A DNA stretch of 64,000 nucleotides. Source: Octopus vulgaris. Lineage: Eukaryota. Positions 12,120 through 23,001 of this stretch are shown here, one piece after another. The stretch spans positions 59,830,001 through 59,894,000 of the forward strand of contig OX597824.1 in the NCBI GenBank assembly GCA_951406725.2, written 5' to 3'. Within the stretch, counting starts at the first letter, position 1. Each line of letters opens with the position of its first letter. The notes beneath the pieces are model-generated. The model ran no database searches. It saw only the letters and a list, made by a program, of their open reading frames with translations, and was not told the origin of the DNA. Both the position numbers and the translations under genes were made by a program.

Positions 12120-13070
12120 TTATAATAAAGGGTTAATTGCAACAAGTTGCTCAAAACCACATACCGAAAATTGCAACTCACGTGGTGATTTTGGAGGGAA
12201 ATACGATTTCGCTTGTCTATATAAATGTAGTGATGCTGGCCGACCATTATTATATCGTTCGGTGTCGCCTGATCGAGCCGGTATAATGGTGAGTCTTTTT
12301 TCCCCTAGCATTTCTAGATTTATAGGAAACTAGCAGTATCGCCCGGCGTTGCTCGGGTTTGTAAGGGAAATAACTATATAAGCATTTTTAGAGATGTAAA
12401 GTATAATAGCCATCTCAATATGGCTAACCACAAAGGGGGGTATTACTGTAGCTTTTTACGTTCTGAGATTTAATGATAAATTTTTAGAGAGTTACTTCCC
12501 TTATATATGCCAAAAATGCATTAAAAATTGGAAAAATTTATGGTAAATTTTTTTTTTAATCGTAGACTCATCGTAGACGCGCGCTAATACCCAGAAGGGC
12601 TCGATATGAATCACGACTATAAGATACCCGGTTTTGGTTAAACTGCACCGCAAAATGTGAGAGTAGTTAGGAATCTAAATCGTAGGAGACAGACAGCACA
12701 CAACCTCACTTTTATATATAAAGATATTGCATTGACAAGGAAATGAACCTCTGGTTCTCATCCAGAAACGAATTTTCGTCTGTAATTAATCCAAAAGGGC
12801 TGTGATTTCGTTATTTTCTTCCTTTTTGCCATATACGGGTTGCATATCCTGATTGTTTGTGGAGACTTTTTTACTAGTAGGGAAATGGTGACCTATCTGG
12901 CTGCCATTTCTAGCATTTTCGGTATGTGGTTTTGAGCAACTTGTTGCAATTAACCCTTTATTATAATTAATATAATCCTTACCAAATATGGTCTTTTCCA
13001 TACCGATAAACTACTAGGTGAAATGTATTAATTTTATTAAATTAATTATATTTCACCCTTTTTGTATATT
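12115..13070. mobile_element. Repeat with an inverted terminal segment, interrupted by a Helitron
   Basis: 12115-12170 is the reverse complement of about 12916-12975. The right end resembles 60545-60725. (TA)n flanks. Confidence 0.55.
12330..12724 (-). mobile_element. Non-autonomous Helitron
   Basis: Minus strand A|TCTTTATATATAAAAG...CCCGAGCAACGCCGGGC hairpin...CTAG|T; body homologous to 53776-54008. Confidence 0.88.
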
Positions 13071-13079
13071 ATATATGTA

Positions 13080-13151
<72 letters not shown>

Positions 13152-13285
13152 TGTATATATACAAATACATGTAGATATGTACATATATGTATGTATGTAT
13201 GCATGTTTTATTTGTTAAATTGTTATTATATATATATATATTTATATAAATATTTATATTTACATATATATATATATGTGTGTGT

Positions 13286-13339
<54 letters not shown>

Positions 13340-13948
13340 CTGTGTGTGTGTGTCTGTGTGCAGAAGGTTGAAAAGGAACGCACGAGTTAATATGTATAAA
13401 GAAAACTATCAAGGTAGAAAATGCTACAATAATTTTATAAAAAACATTTCAGTACCGGTTTCGGTTATTGAGACTTTTTCAACTGTAATTATGGAAAACA
13501 ATTAAAGTTTGGAAAAATTAAATGAAAAGTTTTTAAAAGAATATTTGCACAGTATTCAAATACAAGGGGCATTTTCCTTGTTTCTGCTTGTCTCTGTTTC
13601 TCTTGTTTACTTTTGTCGGTTCGAGGTCATTGTGAATTCTTGGCAGAGAAGAAGAAGAAGAAGAAGAAGAAGAAGAAGAAGAAGAAGAAGAAGAAGAAGA
13701 AGAAGAAGAAGAAGAAGAAGAAGAAGAAGAAGAAGGCAGGAGTGGTATGATAGTAGGATGTTAAATGGTCAAGTGCCCTGAAAGTGACTTGTGGATGGTA
13801 GTAGTGATTGAATTCTTGTATTGTTTATATTTGCATAAGTGTTATTCTAAACAGCAGTAGTAGTAAAGAAAGGAAGGTGGTGGCGGAAAGGGAGAAGAAG
13901 AAGAGAAAGAGAAGAGAAAGAATAATAAGAGAATGCGGGATGGTATGA

Positions 13949-13995
<47 letters not shown>

Positions 13996-14100
13996 TGTTA
14001 AATGGTCAAGTGACCTAAAAGTGATGCGTTGTGGATTATAGCAGTAATTGGGACTGTTTTAATGAATTTTGGGGTATCTCTTTTGAATGTATCATTTTTA
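13340..14100 (-). mobile_element. PLE-type terminal repeat region with hammerhead variant and internal (GAA)n and (TAG)n tracts
   Basis: Hammerhead motif at 13450-13485; (GAA)n at 13648-13735; (TAG)n at 13948-13994; duplicated GTTAAATGGTCAAGTG segment. Confidence 0.5.
13450..13485 (-). ncRNA. Minimal hammerhead variant (U3-A8 core)
   Basis: CAG-TTGAAAA-AGTCTCAATAACC-GAAA-CCGG-TA-CTG. Stem I is CAG/CTG, stem III is palindromic ACCGGT, stem II is eroded. Confidence 0.55.
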
Positions 14101-14122
14101 ATATACGTATATACATACATGC

Positions 14123-14157
<35 letters not shown>

Positions 14158-14219
14158 TATATATGCATATACACACACACATATATATATACATATACAC
14201 ACACATATATACATACACA

Positions 14220-15339
<1,120 letters not shown>

Positions 15340-16384
15340 TTGTTTAAAAAAACGTTATATGATATAACGTCAAAAGTAGCTAACAGAAAGAGTAGGGATA
15401 CCAAAAGTGAATGTTAAATATAAAGCTATTGCTAGGAATTTTCTCAAAAATTCTAGATATTACTCTATCATCAATTCACATACGGTTAGGATCGGTTTTT
15501 CAAACACAAAAAATCTCTTACAAATTATCTCTTCACATAATAACAAACTGTTAAATATTAATACATTTACTAATATTAACATTAATTTAGCTAATACCAT
15601 CCAACCCTCTAGAAATATTAATAACAAGGTTATTGTATCTGAAGTCAATTCCAATAGAATTAAGTTTATGTCAAGTAACGCTAAGATTAAAAATTCTATA
15701 TACCAGTGTATAATCAGTACTCGTAATAAAGTACGATCTTACATTGGAAGCACATCGTTAGAGTTATCTAAAAGAATTTCTATCCATTACTCAACATTTA
15801 GGGATAGAAATAAACGTAATAGTACCGGTCTCAGCAAACTGATTTGGGATTTAAAAGACCACAATGAACAATTTCATTTAGAATGGTTGATTCTCTCAAT
15901 TTCGATACCTTATGACAAAGGCAAGAAATTCTGTCTTCTCTGCAATTCTGAGCTATTTTTCATTATTTTTTCTAAAAATACTCTAGTAAACACGGTTATA
16001 GAGCGAGCATACAGATGTAAGCATTGGCAAAAACACATTTAGTGCATATAAATAGTCTCTATCATTATATATAATTTAAACTTTAATTTCCTTTATATTT
16101 AACATTCACTATTGGTATCCCTACTCTTTCTGTTAGCTACTTATGACGTTATATCATATAACGTTTTTTTAAACAATATTAATAGCGTTCTGTCAATCGC
16201 TATACAAATCCATCATTTTTTGCTAAAATGTCTTATTGACGAGTTTCGTTTTTTTCACTTTCCTGAAGAGAAGATTGCATTGTTTATACCATTTATTCTT
16301 TTGAATAGCATCAGTGGAATTTTCGAAACATGTGTCGAAAGTAAAAATATTTGATCTACACCTGTGTTAAACTCCATTTATTTA

Positions 16385-16388
<4 letters not shown>
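15340..16388 (+). mobile_element. 5'-truncated PLE: C-terminal GIY-YIG endonuclease ORF plus pseudo-LTR, with an inverted pLTR piece at the 5' end
   Basis: ORF 15407-16042 contains IYQC..YIGSTS...KRISIH...STGLSKLIWDLK...CLLCNSE. 15340-15425 is an inverted copy of 16091-16177. Hammerhead at 16251-16347. Confidence 0.85.
16251..16347 (+). ncRNA. Type I hammerhead ribozyme in the PLE pseudo-LTR
   Basis: ACTTTC-CTGAAGA(16263-16269)-GAAGATTGCATTG...CAGTGGAATTTTC-GAAA(16325-16328)-CATGTG-TC-GAAAGT. Stem I 6 bp plus extension; stem II 12 of 13 pairs; GUC site. Confidence 0.85.
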
Positions 16389-16440
<52 letters not shown>

Positions 16441-16446
<6 letters not shown>

Positions 16447-16902
16447 AATTGAACATAGGGGTACTTGTAAATTTTGCAACCCTCTATGGTAACGTATTTA
16501 TCCAATATACTGCTAGTGAAGTACCCAACAAAGTTGATACATAAATGTTAATGATTGCGATGCAATCAATTCATTTACTGTATTATATATAAAGGTAAAT
16601 GATTTACCACAAATTACTAATACAAGATAAGAAAATGGAGAAACACATCTAAATCAAATATCAATTACCAGATAATACTCAATCACATACTTTATTGAAC
16701 CACCACATAAGAGACTGTAGGGTTAAACATATAAAAGCAGAACAAATCAGTGTACATAAAGGAATGTACATAAAAAAGTGTACATAAAAGAGTAATGTTG
16801 TATAATAAGTAGAATATATATAAAAAAGAGAATATAAATATAAGTAAATATTGGATATATGTTTTCCCATGGAGGGTTGCATTTACAACCCCTATCTCAA
16901 TT

Positions 16903-16908
<6 letters not shown>
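16441..16908. mobile_element. Short element with diverged ~60-bp inverted ends, in (TA)n
   Basis: 16441-16508 is approximately the reverse complement of 16849-16908. Confidence 0.5.
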
Positions 16909-16949
<41 letters not shown>

Positions 16950-16982
16950 ATATATGTATGTATGTATATATACATGTATGTG

Positions 16983-17021
<39 letters not shown>

Positions 17022-17039
17022 ACGTATATATATATAAAT

Positions 17040-18102
17040 ATGATGGCCATCCACTTGTGACCGAGGAAGCCCATTACTGATCTTCAGGAATGCTCTAGGA
17101 TTAACTTATACTTTGCATCTGCGACTCCGATGGTGGCTAATGAGCCTTGTTCTTAACAAGCATTCACGACTGCAAACATTGCAGACCAAGCTTTCCCCAT
17201 TCACTATACAAGCCGTGCGCTCTCGAGCAGCACGCTTAAGTTCTTCATGCAGAATGCGTGCTCTCTCAAAAGTGTCTTCCCCATCCTTAACCTGTTCCTC
17301 CATCTGTGGCGATGACATGCATTGCTCTCCCAGTCAGTCTCCTGCATATCACAAGTCTTTAATGAGGACTTGATACTGTCCTTAAATTGCAGCCTTTGTT
17401 TCTGCCTGGATCTCTTTCCATTCACAAGTTCCCCATATAGCATCTGCTTAGGGATCCTGCTATCCGTCATTCTAATTAGGTGTCCAGTCCAACGTAACCG
17501 GTGCTTGTGCATCAAGATATCAGTTGTCCTCAAGACCTATGTGTCTGGAGTTTTTAAGGTCCAACCAACATTCAGAATGTGTCTGGTGAAAACGTTCAAG
17601 GACCCATACATGACGTTTGTAAAGCTGCAGAGAGCAACTGATTCCTTTCGGTCTCTTCAGTCTCGTGTCTGTTCCCAGCATGGCATCACAAGGCAAACAA
17701 AAATTACTGTGTACCGTTCAAGAGACCGAAAAGAATCAGTTGCTCTCTGCAGCCTGAAAGATATTTTATCATCCAGGGAGCGAGGACGGCTGAGTGTGCT
17801 GCCCAGGTAGGCAAACTTGTCTACCACTTTTAGAATTGTTCCTTCAACCAAAATAGCTGGTTTCACATATGGATTTCCTAGTGCAGACAGGAACATTACA
17901 GCAGTCTTGTCCAGGCTAATGCTGAGTCCAAATGCCTTGCAAGAAGCAGAAATACAATTCATAAATATTTGTATGAGTGACTAAATCAGTCATCTGCATA
18001 AAGGAGGTCACGAATAAGAGATTGGAAAACTTTTGACATCGCTCCTTTACTCATGTGAAACATGGACCCTTTACAAACGTCATGTATGGGTCCTTGAACG
18101 TT
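17040..18102 (-). mobile_element. RTE-clade LINE 3' fragment with internal inversions
   Basis: Motifs LLYADD, GLSISLDKT, FAYLGSTLS, LRWTGHLIRM..SRIPKQMLYGEL and a C2H2-like end. Plus-strand inverted pieces at 17624-17716 and 18036-18102. Confidence 0.85.
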
Positions 18103-18268
18103 ATATATATATATATATATATATGCATGCTAATGCAAGACCCACGTAAGTCTCCTCAGTTGTATCATTATTGAACCAAGTTTAACCACAGTCTATCCAT
18201 AGCAATTACTTAGCGTTACCTGACACTCTTTGGATCTTTTAGACACCAATATCCCTCATATCCCTGGC

Positions 18269-18325
<57 letters not shown>

Positions 18326-18354
18326 TATTTATATATACATATATATACATATAC

Positions 18355-18387
<33 letters not shown>

Positions 18388-18393
18388 CATGTG

Positions 18394-18466
<73 letters not shown>

Positions 18467-18538
18467 AACACACCAGAGTGAGAAATTCAGAATCACCATG
18501 GTGGTGCTCCAGCATTACCACACCCGCATGGCTGAAAC

Positions 18539-18675
18539 GAGACAGCCGATAATTGATGAAGGGTTGTTCTTTATGTTACTTGTCCTGTCTTCCATTTGCT
18601 TCTCTCGTTGTTTGCGTATTGAACACGTTTGACTTCGTATTTCATGTTGTTTACCGTTGGTGACGTCCTGTAGCC

Positions 18676-18676
<1 letters not shown>
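18539..18676 (+). mobile_element. Terminal fragment related to the 11037/44826 PLE-type family
   Basis: TTGATGAAGGG...GTCCTGTC motif and a GGTGACGTCCTGTA end running into (TA)n. Confidence 0.5.
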
Positions 18677-19102
<426 letters not shown>

Positions 19103-19485
19103 GTATCACAACAGTGTAACACTCTTTTGTAAAGGAAAGGGTGATCCATTTACTTTTCATATCGTGATGATGACGTAGGAGCAAAATTGTGAAAATAAGG
19201 TGGACTAAACGCTTAGAAAATCATTAAGGATGTACTTTTGCACTATTTTAGCAAAATGACTGGAAATAATGAAGTGTAGCCATTAGCTAACTCGCCATAC
19301 AGATATTAAAGCCCTAAAGTACACACACTACACATAAAAACCATTGTAAACGAGGTAAACATTTCAGCATGACTATAATTTCTACAGAAAAATATGTTCC
19401 TAATTTCTATTGAGGTTTTAAAAACCTGAACGTTTCTGACTTTAATTTACATAAAACAAATATAATTTACACCAAAGCAATTCCT

Positions 19486-21000
19486 TTAGTCAGTCTTCGT
19501 TTTCTTCTTGCAACAAAACGATAAACATTTTTTCACACTTCGATATATTAAATATATCAAAAATATTGTTGCAGCAAATATAGGAGCCAATACATCGATC
19601 ATTAAAAATTCATACAATCGACTCTCTTGACATGGAGATTTTAGATATTCTCCACCATATTTCAAGATGTGATCAATATGGCGGGCTGATTTCTTCGCTG
19701 GATATTCGGGCCGAGAATGAAATATTTCGCTAGCTCTTTTAATTTTCTCAGAATATGTTTTGTTTTCAATTAGTTCATTCATTTTCTCTATTAATTCCTC
19801 CGGAGTAAAGTTCTCTATATCTAGAGACAATCCGTATCCTTTCTCGGTCATTCTGCGAGAGTTATAATGTTGGTCTGCAAATAAAGGTATTCCCAGCATT
19901 GGTACACCATGGAACAAAGCTTCAAACTGACCGTTATTTCCACAATGAGTAACAAATAATTTTGTTTTAGGATGGCCAAGCAGATCATTTTGTGGTACCC
20001 AATCACTGACATAAATATTCTTATGAGAAAATGATGTTTTCTTCTGTCTCCACACAACATCATATTTTATTTGTTTCAATGCACTTTGTAGTTTCTCTAA
20101 TTGAACAGCAGGGAAATCATTGATAATACTGCCAAATGACACCACAACTATTCCATTCTTAGACGCATTTACGAATTTCACTAATTCTCCCTTCAAAGGC
20201 AATGAGTGTTTTGTAGCCAGACCACCAACGTATCTTACATTTGGAAGTTGTGGTAGTGGATAATCTACAAGTACATCTTTTTCAATAAGAAAAAACTGTG
20301 TCTGATGTAGTAAATCTGTGAATGAAATATCAGGTTTGTCTTTCGCATATGTTTTGACACTGTGTATAGGCGCTCCAATAGGAGGAATAGTGTAGTCTAA
20401 AATAGCAGCCAAAGTACTTATTAACTTTTCCGAATATGTCATCTTATCGGAGGATGAGAGTAAGCTGCTTGGAAAAACACTGGGGTTCCATGGAATACGA
20501 TGAAGACTAGGAAATATCTCAGATGCCGTGAGAACAAATGGAATTGACAATTTATAAGGGATTATTGTAAGACAGTTTGTCATGAATATTCCATTGATCA
20601 CAGCTAAACTGGCATTGACGACTCGCAATGATTCTATCCATTTTTCATTCCTTAAAAATCTATCGCAGATCATAGGAAACGTGTTCAGAAGCTGTCGCAT
20701 CACGTATATTTGTTTTGATTTTTCTTGCTTCTGTGCATCAAAACGCATTAATTCCATTTCTGGAATTTCATCCATTGGTAGAATATTTATGCTTTGCTGA
20801 TTTTGGAAAGTTTTTGTGTAATTTTTATCTAATATAAAATAATTGTTATGCCCATACTTTGCCAATTCGTTTGCAATAGAAATCATTGAATTCAGGTGAC
20901 TGTAGGCGGGCCACGCTAAGTATAAAATATTTTTGCTGTTCACTGTCGGTAAAAAAATAACAGCGGATAGCACCAATATTGGGATGGGCAAAATCTTCAT
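19486..21000 (-). CDS. Animal ER-membrane UDP-glucuronosyl/glycosyltransferase (GT1 family), single coding exon, 504 aa
   Basis: Intact ORF with signal peptide, YSH35 catalytic His, VVSFGS, UDPGT signature WVPQNDLLGHPKTKLFVTHCGNNGQFEALFHGVPMLGIPLFADQ, C-terminal TM helix and KxKxx (KTKTD) ER-retrieval signal. Confidence 0.96.
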   Translation of the reverse strand: MKILPIPILVLSAVIFLPTVNSKNILYLAWPAYSHLNSMISIANELAKYGHNNYFILDKNYTKTFQNQQSINILPMDEIPEMELMRFDAQKQEKSKQIYVMRQLLNTFPMICDRFLRNEKWIESLRVVNASLAVINGIFMTNCLTIIPYKLSIPFVLTASEIFPSLHRIPWNPSVFPSSLLSSSDKMTYSEKLISTLAAILDYTIPPIGAPIHSVKTYAKDKPDISFTDLLHQTQFFLIEKDVLVDYPLPQLPNVRYVGGLATKHSLPLKGELVKFVNASKNGIVVVSFGSIINDFPAVQLEKLQSALKQIKYDVVWRQKKTSFSHKNIYVSDWVPQNDLLGHPKTKLFVTHCGNNGQFEALFHGVPMLGIPLFADQHYNSRRMTEKGYGLSLDIENFTPEELIEKMNELIENKTYSEKIKRASEIFHSRPEYPAKKSARHIDHILKYGGEYLKSPCQESRLYEFLMIDVLAPIFAATIFLIYLIYRSVKKCLSFCCKKKTKTD

Positions 21001-21021
21001 GGTTTTTCATGTAGTTATGAT

Positions 21022-21040
21022 CTGAAAAAAAAATTTAGAA
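21022..21040 (-). promoter_or_regulatory. Splice acceptor of a 5'UTR intron of the UGT gene
   Basis: Minus strand TTCTAAATTTTTTTTTCAG|ATC, 21 nt upstream of the ATG. Confidence 0.65.
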
Positions 21041-21379
21041 AGGTAAACTTATTATTAGATAAATAAATAACATTGTGATAATTAGAGAGTTTGTGATTTC
21101 GAGGTAAGCAAACGGAAGTATTAACAAAATTAACTTAGTTATATACCAGTAACATACACGTTTGCTTTGTATGATTCTGACTAAGGACAACTAAATACAA
21201 GTAGTATAGTACGTGTTACTTTCAACAAACTCTCTCATAAAACTGGCTGATTGCCAAGTTATTCTCTTTCTCGATTCACCATTCCTACGTCTGGCCTGCG
21301 CACACAAACACACAACTACGCATATAGTAATGTGAATATTTTATATATAATTAAGTATTGAAACATTCGACCTTTAACT

Positions 21380-21727
21380 CAGTGGTTCCCAACCATCTTT
21401 TCGTAGGGACCCTTTTCATTACTATTTTGTTCTAGTGGACCCCTATAACCATTCGTTGTTTAAAACGTAGTTTATAGAGACTTCTTTCAAAATATTTATT
21501 TTGTTTATCACGCATTCCCTTGTATAAGTTGAACTATGTAAAACACCACAGAAACTTAGCTGTTTCTTGCAACAAATACATCTAAAGCAAACTTTTTCAT
21601 GAATCCTTAGATAGTGGATCTAATGCACTGTTTGCTTTATGGACCCAATGTACTATTTTGCTTGTGTGGACCCAAAAATCTTATATGAACCCCAAAGTGT
21701 CATATGCATGCCGGTTGAGAACCACTG
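21380..21727. mobile_element. hAT-Charlie-type MITE
   Basis: TIRs CAGTGGTTCCCAACC / GGTTGAGAACCACTG; imperfect 8-bp TSD CTTTAACT / CTTAAAAT. Confidence 0.85.
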
Positions 21728-22562
21728 CTTAAAATAAAAGTACCAAATGCGTACATATAGATTTTTTTTCACAAAGTAAAAATTAGCAGTTACTTCGAAG
21801 ACACATCGTAAATCAGACTTTGAGTTCTATTGTCATTTCTAAGTTCACCGTTGATGTATGGAATGACGATTGTCTTGTAGGCGGGATCATATAAGCGAGA
21901 CCAAATAGAATTTGTAAAAAGTAAAACTAAAGTGAGAATTATGTTATTACATATTGGAGATCGAGACATTTTTGTGCGATTAAAAATTTGAGTGGTGATA
22001 AGTGCGAATATGAGAACAGATAACCTAAATTATATATATAAACAATGTTTCGTTAAGAGATCAGTGATACATAAAGGTACGCTATGCAGTTCAAAAAGTG
22101 TTCTGGCACAGCGTGAAACTGAATTATACATCAATATACATATTTGTACATGCATAATATCACAGAATTACATAACTTTCTTATAATAATAATAATAAAT
22201 ATATACATATATGAGGTGTGACATGTGGTTAGAAAGCAGCCTTCTTACCACACAGCCACGCCTGCGCCTAATTTCTTGAAAGACATTCGCTATGGTAACT
22301 GTCTATGAAGACAAATTCGTTTTACAAAAATGTGTGAAAAACACACTGAAATTGGTAATGAATAACGTCATCAGACTGTAAAGCACATGTTACACTTCAT
22401 CAGTTATAGAAACAGAATCCGTCAGACATAGCCCAATAATAGTAGTTGTTCTTATATACAAACAGCAAAAAATATATTTGCTGGCATGTGCAAAGCTTTC
22501 TTAAACTGGAAATAATGGAAGTCATACAAAAAGCAATGATTTAAATAAAACTGTGGATATAT

Positions 22563-23001
22563 AACGTAAGGTGTACTAGCCATCTGAATGTGGCTAGCCA
22601 CTGGGGGTGGGGTGTTACTGATGCTTTTAGCCCCAGGCGATCAACGTCACCAGATGGACTTTAGACACAATCTCAGTGCCCTTGTGTTATTTGCAAAGGG
22701 AGGTCATCCTCCCTCGAAAACCTAACTACTACATACGAACTATAGTTTCAAGGTAATTGCCTCTCGTCAACGCATGGTAAGCACCTTGAGGCAATTACCT
22801 CAATTACCTTGAAACTATAGTCCGTATGTAGTACTTAGGTTTTCAAGGGAGGATGACCTCCCTTTGCAAATAACACAAGGGCACTGAGATTGTGCCTAAA
22901 GTCCATCTGGTGACGTTGATCGCCTGGGGCTAAAAGCATCAGTAACACCCCACCACCCCCCAGTGGCTAGCCACATTCAGATGGCTAGTACACCTTACGT
23001 T
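22563..23001. mobile_element. Foldback/MITE-like palindrome with ~200-bp arms
   Basis: 22563-22763 is nearly the reverse complement of 22788-23001; same family as 43424-43701. Confidence 0.85.

Noticed and set aside
22367-22405. Two minus-strand CTGATGA motifs
   Set aside because: No stem II or GAAA downstream; expected by chance.
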